Assembly (NCBI GenBank): GCA_963768855.1
Contig: CAVYJM010000006.1
Span: 1,063,195 to 1,127,194 of the forward strand
Direction of reading: 5' to 3'
Origin: an uncultured Thermoplasmata archaeon
Lineage (GTDB): Archaea > Thermoplasmatota > Thermoplasmata > RBG-16-68-12
DNA length: 64,000 nucleotides
Below are positions 52,842 through 63,502 of this stretch, in pieces (within the stretch, counting starts at the first letter, position 1; every line of letters begins with the position of its first letter). The notes below the pieces were generated by a model that worked only from the letters and a program-made list of their open reading frames with translations, had not been told where the DNA came from and searched no databases. The position numbers and the translations under genes are program-made.

Positions 52842-54036
52842 GCGATCCTCGGTCCGCCAGATTCTCGACAGCCGCGGAAACGCCACCGTGGAGGTGGACC
52901 TGTTCGCGGGATTCCACGCTCGGGTGGCCGCACCCTCCGGCGCGAGCACGGGAACCCATGAGGCCCAGGCGTTCCCCAAGGCGGGCGTCTCGGAAGCCAT
53001 TCGGTTGTTCCGGAGCGAGGTGGCCCCGAAGCTCACGGGCCGCGATGTCGCGGACCAGGAAGGCCTCGACCGTCTCCTCCGGGAGATCGACGGGACGAAG
53101 AACTTCGCGCGCTTGGGCGGCAACGTCGCGATGGCCGTCTCCCTGGCGAACGCGAGGGCGGCCGCTATGGCGGCGGGACAGCCTCTCTACCGATTCCTCG
53201 GTGGCGCCTCCGCGGTGAAGATGCCCTTCCCCTTCGGAAACGTGATCGGCGGGGGCCGCCATGCGATCGGCGGGACCACGATCCAGGAGTACCTGGTCGT
53301 GGCCCAGGGGCCCACCGTGGTGGGCAACGTGTTCGCGAACGCCCGCGTGCACCGATTGATCAAGGAAGCGTTGATGAAGCGGAATCCGGACCAGCCGCTC
53401 GGGCGCGGGGACGAGGGTGCCTGGGTCGCGAAGATCGATGACGAGGATGCCCTCGCCCTCCTCGCGGACTCGTGCAAGGCGGTGGAGAAGGAGGTGGGCT
53501 TCGCGGTCCGCCCGGCGATGGACCTCGCCGCCTCGGAGTTCTACTCGGACGGCAAGTACCGCTACCGGACGAAGGCCCTCAGTCCGTCCCAGCAGATTGA
53601 CTTCCTCGAGCGGATGGTCAAGGACCACGGTGTTTACGCGCTCGAAGACCCGCTCGACCAGGAGGATTTCGAGGGGTTCGCGCAGCTCACGAAGGCGGTC
53701 GGCAAGCGATGCGTCATCATCGGCGACGACATCTTCTGCACGAATGTGGCCCGGTTGCGGAAGGGGATCTCCGTGCGCGCGGGAAACGCTATCCTTATTA
53801 AGCCCAATCAAATTGGGACGCTGACCGAGACGCGCGCGACGGTGGAGACGGCACGGAAGGCCGGATACCAGACGGTCGTTTCCCACCGGAGCGGCGAGAC
53901 GACGGACGACACGATCGCCCACCTCGCCGTGGCCTTCGGGTCCTTGGGCATCAAGACGGGGACCGTCGGGGGCGAGCGGATCGCGAAGCTGAACGAACTC
54001 ATCCGGATCGAAGAGGAACTCCACGAGGGAATGTGA
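52828..54036 (+). CDS. eno: Enolase
   Basis: [48 protein letters not shown]. Confidence 0.95.
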   Translation: MPAIERSSVRQILDSRGNATVEVDLFAGFHARVAAPSGASTGTHEAQAFPKAGVSEAIRLFRSEVAPKLTGRDVADQEGLDRLLREIDGTKNFARLGGNVAMAVSLANARAAAMAAGQPLYRFLGGASAVKMPFPFGNVIGGGRHAIGGTTIQEYLVVAQGPTVVGNVFANARVHRLIKEALMKRNPDQPLGRGDEGAWVAKIDDEDALALLADSCKAVEKEVGFAVRPAMDLAASEFYSDGKYRYRTKALSPSQQIDFLERMVKDHGVYALEDPLDQEDFEGFAQLTKAVGKRCVIIGDDIFCTNVARLRKGISVRAGNAILIKPNQIGTLTETRATVETARKAGYQTVVSHRSGETTDDTIAHLAVAFGSLGIKTGTVGGERIAKLNELIRIEEELHEGM

Positions 54037-54656
54037 TGCAAGAGGAAGAGCAGACGGGCGTCCAGGGGCTGCTCGTGCCCGAAGACGTGTACCTGACGTC
54101 GGGCGTGCACATCGGCACGCAGCAGAAGAGCGCGGACATGAAGCCCTTCATCTACAAGGTCCGGATCGACGGGCTCTACGTCCTGGACATCAAGAAGACG
54201 GACACTCGCATCCGCGAGGCCTCCAAGTTCCTCGCGCGGTTCAAGCCGGAGGGCGTCCTCGTCGTGGCGGCGCGACAGTACGCGCAGAAGCCCGCGAAGC
54301 TCTTCGCGAAGTCGATCGGCGCGCAGGTCCTCGCGGGGCGATTCGTCCCTGGCACCCTCACGAATCCCAACCTCCCCGAGTACATCGAGCCCGAGGTCAT
54401 CACGGTCACGGACCCCGCGGCGGACCAGCAGGCCCTTCGCGAGGCACTCAATGTCGGTATCCCCGTCGTCGGCCTGTGTGACGCGAACAACGAGACGCGG
54501 TACGTCGATCTCGTGATTCCGACGAACAACAAGGGCCGGCGCGCTCTCGCGACCGTGTACTGGCTCCTCACGCGGGAGGTCCAGAAGGCCCGCGGCGTCG
54601 TGAAGACCGACGAAGAGTTTACAGCGACGATCGACGATTACGAGGCGTCCCTCTGA
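54036..54656 (+). CDS. rps2: 30S ribosomal protein S2 (archaeal type)
   Basis: [35 protein letters not shown]; TGATG coupling to eno. Confidence 0.96.
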   Translation: MQEEEQTGVQGLLVPEDVYLTSGVHIGTQQKSADMKPFIYKVRIDGLYVLDIKKTDTRIREASKFLARFKPEGVLVVAARQYAQKPAKLFAKSIGAQVLAGRFVPGTLTNPNLPEYIEPEVITVTDPAADQQALREALNVGIPVVGLCDANNETRYVDLVIPTNNKGRRALATVYWLLTREVQKARGVVKTDEEFTATIDDYEASL

Positions 54657-54669
54657 CGGGTCGTCTCGG

Positions 54670-55533
54670 ATGCGCTATCCCGCGGTCGCCGGTGCGTTCT
54701 ACGAAGGCTCCAGGGACGCCCTCCTCCGCCAGATCGAGCGATGTTACACGTCGAAGCTCGGGCCTGGCGGCGTGCCGAAGCCGGAGAAGGGACCGCGGCG
54801 GCTGGTCGGGCTCGTCTGTCCCCATGCGGGCTACCAGTACTCGGGCCCCGTGGCGGCACACAGCTACGCCGCCCTCGCCCACGACGGCCTGCGGTCCTCC
54901 TACGTGGTCCTGGGCCCCAACCACTACGGGACCGGGGCGCCACTCGCGACGACGCATCACGACTGGGAGACGCCCCTGGGACCCGTACCCATCGATCCGG
55001 ACTTGCTGAAGGTCCTGGCCACCCCTCCGATTGAGGACGACGTCGCCGCCCACCGCCACGAGCACAGCATCGAGGTCCAGCTCCCCTTCCTCCAGCAGCT
55101 CTCCGCCGACGTGCGCTTCGCCCCGGTGTGCATGGCGTTCCAGGAGTACGAGCTCGCGACGGAGGTCGGGGATCTCGCGGCGGAGGCGGTGAAGGATCGC
55201 GACGCCCTCATCATCGCCTCTTCCGATTTCAGCCACGTCGGGATGAACTACAACCAGATGCCGCCGCGCGGCAAGACCGCACCCGCTTGGGCTCGGGAGC
55301 AGGACGCGAAGGCGCTGGATCGGATCCTCGCGCTCGATCCGAAGGGGCTCCAGGACCGCGTCGCTCGCGACGACATCTCGATGTGCGGCTACGGGCCCGT
55401 CACCGCGATGCTGGTGGCCGCGAAGAAGCTCGGGGCGCGCGAGGTGAAACTCCTGAAATACGGGAGTTCGAGCGACGTGAGCGGGGACCGGGACATGGCG
55501 GTCGGCTACGGGGCCGTTGCCGTCTATCGCTGA
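54670..55533 (+). CDS. MEMO1-family protein (AmmeMemoRadiSam B)
   Basis: PAVAGAFY, PHAGYQYSG, GPNH, EHSIEVQLPF, ASSDFSH, MCGYGP. Confidence 0.92.
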   Translation: MRYPAVAGAFYEGSRDALLRQIERCYTSKLGPGGVPKPEKGPRRLVGLVCPHAGYQYSGPVAAHSYAALAHDGLRSSYVVLGPNHYGTGAPLATTHHDWETPLGPVPIDPDLLKVLATPPIEDDVAAHRHEHSIEVQLPFLQQLSADVRFAPVCMAFQEYELATEVGDLAAEAVKDRDALIIASSDFSHVGMNYNQMPPRGKTAPAWAREQDAKALDRILALDPKGLQDRVARDDISMCGYGPVTAMLVAAKKLGAREVKLLKYGSSSDVSGDRDMAVGYGAVAVYR

Positions 55534-55639
55534 CCGGCCCGCCGCGGAGCGGGCCGCGGCTCCCTCCGAGAATTATCATGGGGGGGAATATGGACGATGT
55601 GCTTTTATGTTCCCCTAAGGGTCCGCGAGCCAGCCCTCG

Positions 55640-56023
55640 ATGCCGATCGTCCTGATGTCCGAGGTCACCGCCGCCCTCCGAGCAACGCTCGGGAAGCGAG
55701 GCATGCCCGACGAGGAAGTTCGGATCCTCGCGGAGTATCTCCTCTCCTTCTTCGGGTTTGAGACGGAGGTCATCGACAACAACCTCGACGTCGCGGACCG
55801 CGACGTCTTCTACATGCTCGAGGAGGAAGGCCTCCTGGGCACGCGACAGGAGGAAGTCCTGATCAAGAAGGGGAAGACCTGGCGCATCCACTATTGGGTG
55901 CTCCGGGTGGACCGGATCAAGGCGCTCGCCCGCACGGTCGGCGCTCGTCCCACGCAGGACGCGTTCGGGGTCTACAAGGACGTCCCGGACGACGTGTGGG
56001 CGCGACAGGTGCCCGCGCGCTAA
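55640..56023 (+). CDS. Conserved hypothetical protein (DUF6015-like)
   Basis: FFGFETEVIDN.L...DRDVFYMLEEEGLL...WRIHYW. Confidence 0.75.
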   Translation: MPIVLMSEVTAALRATLGKRGMPDEEVRILAEYLLSFFGFETEVIDNNLDVADRDVFYMLEEEGLLGTRQEEVLIKKGKTWRIHYWVLRVDRIKALARTVGARPTQDAFGVYKDVPDDVWARQVPAR

Positions 56024-56071
56024 CCACCCGGGATAATTTATATAGCCCCGAGGGCTCGTCTCGCATATCCG

Positions 56072-57400
56072 ATGGTGGACTGGACTCCCTATATCATCGC
56101 GGTCGCTGCGGTCGCCGTCTGGACCGCGTTCTTCTTCTACCTCCAGCGGCGCAAGCTCCTGGAGCCCCGCAACCTGACCCTCGCCGGCCCCATCGTGATG
56201 TGGAAGACGGGCCGCGGGCGGAACCTGATCGACCGCCTCGCGAGGCCCAAACGCTTCTGGCGCGCGTTCGGTGACCTGTCCATCATCCTCGTCGGCGTGA
56301 CGATGGTCGCGACGACCTTCCTCCTCGTCTGGGAGGCGACCCTCGTGCAGAGCGCGGCGGTGCGCGCCAACCCGCCGTCCCCGGACCTCCTCCTCGGCCT
56401 CCCCGGCATCAACCGCCTGATCCCCCTCGGCTACGGGATCTTCGGCCTCGCCGTCGCGATCGTGCTCCACGAGTTCTGCCATGGCATCCTCGCGCGGGCG
56501 GTGAACATCAAGGTCCGGTCTGTCGGGGCGATCTTCCTCGTCGTGCCGATCGGCGCGTTCGTCGAGCCGGACGAGGACGAGCTGCGCGCCCTCCCTCCGA
56601 GGCAGCGGGCGCGGCTCTATGCCGCGGGCCCGGGTACGAACATCCTCCTGGCCGTCCTCTTCGGGTTCTTGTTCTCGATGATCATGCTCTCCGCGGTGGC
56701 GCCGGCACACAACGGCGTGGGAATCATCGGGTTCGCGGGCCCGGTCTCGGGCGCCGAGAATGCGGGTATCCAGCCGTATACGATCATCACGAGCGTGAAT
56801 GGCACCCCGATCAACTCCTACAGCGACTTCGTCAACGCGATGGCTTTGGTCCGCCCGAACACGACGATCTCGGTCAGCACATTCGCCCCAGCGAGCGGAA
56901 CCACCACCTCGTACCTGGTGAAGGTCGGTGAGGACCCGTCGACGGGACGGCCCCTGCTCGGGATCTACGCGCTCGACGTGAGCACGGACTACTACCACCC
57001 GCTCACGAACCCCGCGGAGTTCGGCGGCGTCCCGGGTGCTCTCCTCACCTACATCTCCCTTCCCTTCTCGGGGCGTGCTCCGATTCAGGACCCCGAGGTC
57101 CAGTTCTACCAGGTGAGCGGTCCCTTCGCGTCCGTCCCGGCGCCGCTGTTCTGGCTCATCACGAACACCCTCTACTGGCTCTTCTGGCTCAACGCGATGC
57201 TCGGCGCGACGAACGCCCTGCCTGCGGTCCCCCTCGACGGCGGCTACATCTTCAAGGACGGGATGGACACGCTCCTCACGCGGCTCCGCCGGGGGATCAA
57301 ACCGGAGGACCGCGACCGGATCGCGAAGCAGGTCTCCTACCTGTTCGCGCTCCTGATCCTAGCGCTCATCCTCTGGCAGATGATCGGGCCGCGGATCTGA
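56072..57400 (+). CDS. M50 site-2 intramembrane protease with PDZ-like insert
   Basis: HEFCH, AGP..N, NALPAVPLDGG. Confidence 0.92.
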   Translation: MVDWTPYIIAVAAVAVWTAFFFYLQRRKLLEPRNLTLAGPIVMWKTGRGRNLIDRLARPKRFWRAFGDLSIILVGVTMVATTFLLVWEATLVQSAAVRANPPSPDLLLGLPGINRLIPLGYGIFGLAVAIVLHEFCHGILARAVNIKVRSVGAIFLVVPIGAFVEPDEDELRALPPRQRARLYAAGPGTNILLAVLFGFLFSMIMLSAVAPAHNGVGIIGFAGPVSGAENAGIQPYTIITSVNGTPINSYSDFVNAMALVRPNTTISVSTFAPASGTTTSYLVKVGEDPSTGRPLLGIYALDVSTDYYHPLTNPAEFGGVPGALLTYISLPFSGRAPIQDPEVQFYQVSGPFASVPAPLFWLITNTLYWLFWLNAMLGATNALPAVPLDGGYIFKDGMDTLLTRLRRGIKPEDRDRIAKQVSYLFALLILALILWQMIGPRI

Positions 57401-57418
57401 CGCGCCGGTCGGTGCGGG

Positions 57419-57745
57419 CTAGTGCCTTGCCTCGTTCGCCACGAGTCCCACGACTCCGCTGATCAGGGCGAGGACGCCGCCGAGCAGGCTCGGACCCACG
57501 ATCAGGACGACGATGCCGAGGATGAGGTTGAGAACCCCTCCGGTGCTGTAGCGGCCCCGATAGAGCATGACGCTCCCGAGGAGGATGGCCACCCCGAGGA
57601 TCAGGTACACGGCGCGGGCGAGGATGAACTCGAGCGTCAGGTTCAGGTTCCGCCCAAGGTCCGGGATGGCTCCCGCCAGGACGAGCGCTCCGCCGATGAG
57701 GCCCAGGAGGAGCCCGACGATCGCAAGGTCTCGCTTCTCGGACAT
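57419..57745 (-). CDS. Small 4-TM protein
   Basis: Gly-rich hydrophobic helices similar in style to 52166-52573. Confidence 0.7.
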   Translation of the reverse strand: MSEKRDLAIVGLLLGLIGGALVLAGAIPDLGRNLNLTLEFILARAVYLILGVAILLGSVMLYRGRYSTGGVLNLILGIVVLIVGPSLLGGVLALISGVVGLVANEARH

Positions 57746-57771
57746 GGCCGGGGCGAAAGCCCTTCGCTACT

Positions 57772-58623
57772 TCATCCTTTCTCTAATCCGCCCGCGGCCC
57801 AGAGTCCCGTCGCATCCCCGGGATAGAGGTTCTTCCCCCACCACATCCGCAAGGTGTGGAACACCACGGAGAATCCCGCCTCTCGCACGAACCGCGCGAG
57901 GTCCGGGTTCCGGTCCGGCCCGCTGAAGGAGTACTCGCGCGGCCCGACGACGTTCACGAGCGAGTGGAACAGGTCCCGCGCCGCCTGCGGCCAGCCGGGG
58001 GCCACGACCCATGGGCCGATCTCGCACGCCCCGTCGAACGGGCTCCCGACGAGATAGCCGACCACCTGCCCTCCGTCGCGGGCCACGAAGAACTTGGCCG
58101 GGTTCTCCTGGAGGAGGCGGTCGAGGAGCGGCCGTCGGGAGGCGCCGAAGAAGGGTGCATCGAACGCCGCGAGGGAATCCAGATCCTGTGGGGACGCGGT
58201 CGACACGGACCCGCCCCCCTGGGGCTCCGCGGTGCCCCTCCAGCGCAGGACCTCGTACTCGCCCCGGAATCCGAGTCGCTCGTAGAACTTGACGACGTCC
58301 AGGTATGCGTTGAGCCGGACCGTCTCGACCCCGGACGCAGCCAGATGCATGAGGGCGGCCTGCATCAAGAGGCGGCCGACGCCGGTGCCCCGGCATTCCG
58401 GGCTCACGATCACCGCGCCCAGGAACGCGAGGCGCTCGTAGGTGGTCGCGGTGAGCACGCCGACGACGCGGCCCTCGTCCTCCGCGGCGAGGCATCCCTG
58501 CGGCGAGAGGGCCAAGAGGCGCGCGAAGTCCGCGCGCGTGTAGCCCCAGCCCTCGAGGTCCGTCAGTGCGATGGCGGCGTCGATGTCCCGTTCTTCGAGC
58601 CTTCGGATCCGCGGCTCTCCCAA
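57772..58623 (-). CDS. Tandem-domain GNAT acetyltransferase
   Basis: VIVSPECRGTGVGR.L, FYERLGF; TTG start inferred. Confidence 0.85.
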   Translation of the reverse strand: MGEPRIRRLEERDIDAAIALTDLEGWGYTRADFARLLALSPQGCLAAEDEGRVVGVLTATTYERLAFLGAVIVSPECRGTGVGRLLMQAALMHLAASGVETVRLNAYLDVVKFYERLGFRGEYEVLRWRGTAEPQGGGSVSTASPQDLDSLAAFDAPFFGASRRPLLDRLLQENPAKFFVARDGGQVVGYLVGSPFDGACEIGPWVVAPGWPQAARDLFHSLVNVVGPREYSFSGPDRNPDLARFVREAGFSVVFHTLRMWWGKNLYPGDATGLWAAGGLEKG

Positions 58624-58850
58624 AGCTTCACCCGCCGTTCCAGCTCCTCGACCTCGTCGCACTCGTGGTATCCGTAGGTGACGTACTTCTTGTCCTTCCG
58701 GTGATGCTTGTACATGCACGGGCCGTACTCGTCGTCCTCCTGCCCGTACCACTTGTCGCAATCCTTGCACAGGTGCTTGTGCGGGAGCGTCTCCTGGATC
58801 TCCGCGGCCCGCGGGCCCGGCGCTACATCCCCCACGGTCTTGGAGGGCAC
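58563..58850 (-). CDS. Small Cys/His-rich protein
   Basis: C-x2-C-x13-C-x18-C; strong GC3 bias in the core. Confidence 0.65.
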   Translation of the reverse strand: MPSKTVGDVAPGPRAAEIQETLPHKHLCKDCDKWYGQEDDEYGPCMYKHHRKDKKYVTYGYHECDEVEELERRVKLWESRGSEGSKNGTSTPPSH

Positions 58851-58995
58851 ACTGCCGCGTTATATGACATCTCCAGATGAACCTGAGCCCAAGACCCTGT
58901 GGGATTCTTGATCCTGCAGTACGGAGACGTCAGTCTCGTCCTCGTTCCCCACCCACGTCCGCTCCGCCGAGGGGTGGGCACCTTCCCAATCCTAG

Positions 58996-59286
58996 CTATT
59001 TGCGCCTTGCGCAGGCGTAGTACTCTTCCTTCCCGACCTTGCGACGCTCGACCTTCCGTGCCTTCATGAGCTCTGCAAGCGCCGAGTTGAGAACGGCGAG
59101 CGCAGCCGTGAAGTCCAGAAGCTCCACAAGCGGCCGCTCTTCCTGGGGTATCTCATGTCCCAGCCCATGGAAGATTTCCATCTTCGTGAACGCCTCCCCG
59201 GGCCGAGTTTCCAAGAACGTGTGGATTTCCTTGGCCCAATCACTGAGCTTGGCCCCTTCGTCGAACTCGTCCCTGCTGATTGGCAA
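58996..59286 (-). CDS. Winged-helix protein
   Basis: IHTFL..RPGEAFT..EI...L.EL...KVERRKV..EEYY. Confidence 0.7.
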   Translation of the reverse strand: MPISRDEFDEGAKLSDWAKEIHTFLETRPGEAFTKMEIFHGLGHEIPQEERPLVELLDFTAALAVLNSALAELMKARKVERRKVGKEEYYACARRK

Positions 59287-59415
59287 TCAAACCGCCCCCA
59301 GCCTTCCCATAGCGACGTCGACTCCTCATAATCTCTGTGTTGCACATCCCAAAGGCCTAAGCCTGCCGGCGCGTCAGCTAGGCTACGATGTTTTCGTTCC
59401 GAACCGGGTGGGACC

Positions 59416-59628
59416 TTGCCGGGACCGAGTGAACCGGCCAACGTGGTCCACGACAATCCGTCGCATCCGGAACGGTGTCCCCGATGTGGCAAGCTCACCC
59501 GAAAGTGGTACTACCTCGCGACCCGCATTTGGATTTCGTGCGAATATTGCGGCTTCGCAGGCCGGGTGAGCAACACGCCCGTAGCCGGGAGCCAGACGGA
59601 TAGCGAGAGCCGCAGGCCCTCGTCATGA
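59416..59628 (+). CDS. Small zinc-ribbon protein
   Basis: CPRCG...SCEYCG; start uncertain. Confidence 0.45.
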   Translation: MPGPSEPANVVHDNPSHPERCPRCGKLTRKWYYLATRIWISCEYCGFAGRVSNTPVAGSQTDSESRRPSS

Positions 59629-59806
59629 AACGCCTAGATTTGCGAGGACTCTCACTTGGCCAACCTTGCCCTCGTACGGTCGCGAGGCCGCAGTCCTCGG
59701 CCTTCGAGGAGTGGCCGCAGCGGCCACCCGCGTGACGATGCACCTCGGGGCGAACCCTTATGGGCGCCGACATCGATTCCGTCAACCGAGAGGAAGCGAC
59801 GCCGGA

Positions 59807-60103
59807 ATGGCCTTCGACGAAGACATGGTCCGGAAGGTCTGGGAGAAGGGCGGGATCACGGAGAAAGCCGACCCCGAAATCTGGCGCAAGGACGAATGCG
59901 GAGCCTGGATTCGACGGAACTTCTTCGAGAACCTGAATTCCCAATTCGGGTGGGAAATCGACCTCATTGTCCCAGAGTTCGAAGGGGGTGCCAACGACCT
60001 ATGGAACCTCCGTCCCCTTCAGTGGCGGAACAGGATTAGCAAGCGAGCTGGACGCCTCGTGTGTCCAATCACCGCGCGGGAATGGTACAACGTCCCCAGG
60101 TAG
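59807..60103 (+). CDS. HNH-like protein with substituted catalytic residues
   Basis: VWEK...WRKD.CGAWI...GWEIDL..P...GG.NDL.NLRPLQWRN. Confidence 0.75.
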   Translation: MAFDEDMVRKVWEKGGITEKADPEIWRKDECGAWIRRNFFENLNSQFGWEIDLIVPEFEGGANDLWNLRPLQWRNRISKRAGRLVCPITAREWYNVPR

Positions 60104-60360
60104 CTCTCCGAAGGCCTCCAATGGGCACGGGTACCAAATGCCAGGCGTGAAGGGCGAACTGCATCGAGACAAGCCCCCTGGGCCAGAGCGTGTACAAATA
60201 GACGTGTTTCAGGCACGCGGCCAGAGCGGTATTCGAGGCGCAGGGTGTTATGGCAGACTTGAGGACCCCAGGCTTGTTCATTGCACCCGTACTAGCTGCA
60301 GTGCAACAACTACCGAATCCTCAAGTGCCCGCAGGATGCTGCGGATTTACGAGTGCGTCC

Positions 60361-60843
60361 ATGACGACCGATACGGAAGTCTTCGCCTCGTTGCGACGCG
60401 GACGCAAGGTTCTCCGAGACCACGGACGCACATGTCGGGTCTCCGCGAAGGAGTTCGTCCGTTGGCTTCACACCGACACCGCATACCTCAACCCAACCGT
60501 GGACCAAGTCGTTCACAATCTGTTCTTCGTTGTCCACGAACTCGTGGAAATCAAGGAGGTCAAGCGCATGGGCTTGAGGATGACGAAGGAAGTGATTGTG
60601 AAGAATCCGTTGGCGATCGCTGAGGCTCACCTCAAGGCCGCCGAGGTCGAGTTCCGCATCGCGTACGCCATGAAGGATGTCAACCATTTGAAGATGCGCG
60701 TGGAGGACGCCAAGGCGTGGTGCGAAGACCCCGTTCTGACCCCAGCTCTGAAGAAGCAGCATGTGGCCTTCCGGGACACGTGGGCGCAGCGGCTATTCGA
60801 ATTGGCGTATGAGGACACCGTTGGAGATTGGATGTTGGAGTGA
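60361..60843 (+). CDS. Hypothetical protein with HELVE motif
   Basis: VVHELVEI...AEAH..A.EVE; start uncertain. Confidence 0.65.
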   Translation: MTTDTEVFASLRRGRKVLRDHGRTCRVSAKEFVRWLHTDTAYLNPTVDQVVHNLFFVVHELVEIKEVKRMGLRMTKEVIVKNPLAIAEAHLKAAEVEFRIAYAMKDVNHLKMRVEDAKAWCEDPVLTPALKKQHVAFRDTWAQRLFELAYEDTVGDWMLE

Positions 60844-60931
60844 AGGGGCCCCCGCCCGTAGCTCCTCGCCTCTCATAAGTACCGTCCTTTGTAGCCACTA
60901 CCCGGGATTGGGCGCAGCAAGAGGTGTGAGC

Positions 60932-61578
60932 ATGGGTGCGCGGTCAGTGCGCTTCTTCGAGGAACCGGGACCGAAGAACACGGAGGAGGTCGTGCAAGCG
61001 GTTCAGGAGAGGACCCGCGAAGGCGGCATCGACGCTGTGGTCGTGGCGTCGGTTTCCGGTCGAACGGCCATCCGAGTCACCGAGAATCTGCGGGAGGCAG
61101 GAGTCAAGGTGCCCGTCGTGTGTGTCACGGGTCCACCGTCGTGGGAGAAGTACGCTCCGGATACAGGTTTCCGCTCGTCGCCGAGGAAGACCGGAAGATG
61201 CTCGATGGTTTGGGAGTCTCCATTGTTGACGATGTCGAGGAACCGTTCCGGCCGTTGACCTTCCGCAACTAGTGGGAGAAGGAGACGGTACGGGTGAAGA
61301 GGCCGGAGGCCGACCTGTTCTGGATGACCCTCATCCTGGTAGGCGGACACGGGTTCCGGACGGCGATCGAGGTCGTCTTCATGGCTGTTGACGCCGGAGC
61401 GGTCGAGGTCGGTAAGAGGGTCATCACCGTGGCCGGAACAGGCGAGGGCGCGGACTCAGCGGTTGTACTCAAAGCCAGCCACTACGAAGATGCCGTGGGT
61501 CCCGACCCCGAGAAGAGGCTGAAGGTCGAAGAGGTTCTGGCCATGCCCAAGAGGACGACGTGGGTGGGGTATGGCTGA
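60932..61578 (+). pseudogene. Pyruvate-kinase C-terminal-like (PK alpha/beta) protein; frameshift near 61160 and in-frame TAG at 61270
   Basis: FEEPGPKNTEEV, VVASVSGRTA, GHGFRTAIEV..MAVDAG, AGTGEGADSA. Confidence 0.8.
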
Positions 61579-61709
61579 AGACTTGGCGGTCTCCGCTCGT
61601 ACGTGATGGCCCGTGCGATGCGGCGAGTGCGCCCCGTCCTCACGTCCACGACCGGCACGAGGCTCGGGCGAGGAAGGACATATATCCCTGGGCCCCCTCG
61701 TAACTAACC

Positions 61710-62210
61710 GTGGACGTGAAGACCCGAGAAGAGATCCTCTGCGAACTCATCGCACGGGCTGAAGAGCATCCCTACGGATGGAAGGCTGCCGTGCGGCAAG
61801 ACCCTCGGCTTTTCGCCCGAGATTACTACATCTTCCACCCTAGAGTTGGGGTCTACGAGCTGAAGGAATATCAGGTCAATCCGTTTGAGGCCGCGGGGGT
61901 CGGTGCGCACCTCGCTTCTTCCGTCCCCAAAGACCTTCCCAGATCCCTCAAACAGCAGGCGGGCATCTTCGCGATTGTGGAGGTTAGCCTTGCGAGGCTC
62001 CGGAAGGTCCTCGAGGAAACGTCCGGGGGAATCACCCTGCCCGAGGTGGACGTGCGCGCCGGCATCCGCATCCCCATGCAGGGCCCCGTACACAGCGCCT
62101 CCACCTCGCTTAAGTTTCTGGATTCCTCCCTCGAGAGGAAACGGCACGTTGTGGACGAGGAGTTCCGCAGGTTGGTGGATCGCCGAGGGCTCACGATGGC
62201 GTACGCGTGA
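61710..62210 (+). CDS. Hypothetical protein
   Basis: GTG start with ACATATAT box ~30 nt upstream; protein-like composition. Confidence 0.65.
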   Translation: MDVKTREEILCELIARAEEHPYGWKAAVRQDPRLFARDYYIFHPRVGVYELKEYQVNPFEAAGVGAHLASSVPKDLPRSLKQQAGIFAIVEVSLARLRKVLEETSGGITLPEVDVRAGIRIPMQGPVHSASTSLKFLDSSLERKRHVVDEEFRRLVDRRGLTMAYA

Positions 62211-62398
62211 TGTCCGTCCCGATCCGCGCGTCAGGACCACCGAGCCTTGCGAACCCGCCACAGTCCCGCGAACCCCTGCAATGCACGCACGGTGCGGCTC
62301 CTTCTAGTGCGCATTGTAGGAAAGGCGCGTTCGGGGTCTGGACCGTCTACGTCCGGCGGCGGCGGGTTGATTAGACCCGTCTCCCATGAGCACGGTCC

Positions 62399-62581
62399 AT
62401 GAAGACCGCCGTGGAGATCGACAAGGCCATCGCGGAGCTGCGCGTCGCGATCGAGCGGGCCGAGGCCGAGATCCGTCCCCGGACGAAGGCAGCCACGGTT
62501 TACGCGTACTGGTTGCCCCCACCCCCGGACGTGCCCCGCCTCAGGGCGATCCTCGATGCCCTTCTTTGGGTCCGCGCCTGA
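62399..62581 (+). CDS. 60-aa hypothetical protein
   Basis: Amphipathic helix then ILDALLWV; GC3 bias. Confidence 0.5.
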   Translation: MKTAVEIDKAIAELRVAIERAEAEIRPRTKAATVYAYWLPPPPDVPRLRAILDALLWVRA

Positions 62582-62752
62582 CGCCGACAGGCGCCTCCAC
62601 AAAGCCTTCCCCAAGCAGGATGCCCTGGTCGGACGTCGAGCCCGCTCTGTAAGGCTGAACCTTGCGAGATACTCCAGAGGTTACTTGCGCCGCGAATAGG
62701 ACCGAAACCTTTCAATCCTCCCGGGCGCCTGACCCGGCTGGAAGGGTGCTGC

Positions 62753-63367
62753 GTGGCGGTTTGCCCGTCGTGTGGGAACAAGCGTTTCGGCCTCACTTTC
62801 ATAACGTGTTCCACGTGCGGCCGCCAGGGCTGCGAAAGGTGCGTAGCGGTACCCGTGGGCATGAGCTTCCCGGACCAGGAAGGCCGCCAGACGCCCGCGT
62901 ACTCATGCACGTGGGCCTGTTACGAACACGCCGCCCAGTACCATCTATCACGAGGTCAGATGATCACGCAGTGGGGCGGTGGCTACACGTTCCTGGGAAG
63001 GATTCTCAGCCCCGAGGCCGCGTGGCGGGCGAACCGGATTCATGTGGAGCACCTCGTGGTAGCTGGCCGGTACGAGGACGCCGCGGTGCTCTACGAGAAA
63101 CTGGGCATGTGGAAGGAAGCGGGGGACTTGAGAAACCGGGGACGTCAACAGTACATTACCCAGGTCCATGTCAATGTGAACGACTTGCTACAGCAGCTCA
63201 GGGCCATGGGCGTCTCGGCAAGCTACACTTGCCCCGTTTGTCGTAGTCCTTCCACGATCACGGGAACGACGTCTCCGGATGCCCTCGCCAAGTGCCAGTA
63301 TTGCGGAGCGGTCGCGCGCCCGACCGATGTGGTCGAGGCCATCACGAAGGTCCTCGGCTCCCGGTAG
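62753..63367 (+). CDS. Multi-zinc-finger protein with central helical repeat
   Basis: Six CxxC-type pairs flanking AGRYEDAAVLYEKLGMWKEAG. Confidence 0.75.
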   Translation: MAVCPSCGNKRFGLTFITCSTCGRQGCERCVAVPVGMSFPDQEGRQTPAYSCTWACYEHAAQYHLSRGQMITQWGGGYTFLGRILSPEAAWRANRIHVEHLVVAGRYEDAAVLYEKLGMWKEAGDLRNRGRQQYITQVHVNVNDLLQQLRAMGVSASYTCPVCRSPSTITGTTSPDALAKCQYCGAVARPTDVVEAITKVLGSR

Positions 63368-63502
63368 CATGCACGCGCAACAGAGTCCCGACGAACATCG
63401 GTTTCGAGGTCGTCCTCCGCTGCGAAACGAAAAGAGGGAAAAGGTGCCCGCGGCCCCCATTCCCGAGCCAGAAAGGTTATGCCTCGCCTCGCCAGGTGTG
63501 TC

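Noticed and set aside
52656-55533. rpoK-eno-rps2-MEMO1 linkage
   Set aside because: A well-known conserved archaeal neighbourhood.
61270-61272. In-frame TAG as pyrrolysine readthrough
   Set aside because: The gene also has an upstream frameshift, TAG is one change from TGG (Trp), and no pyl genes are in the window.
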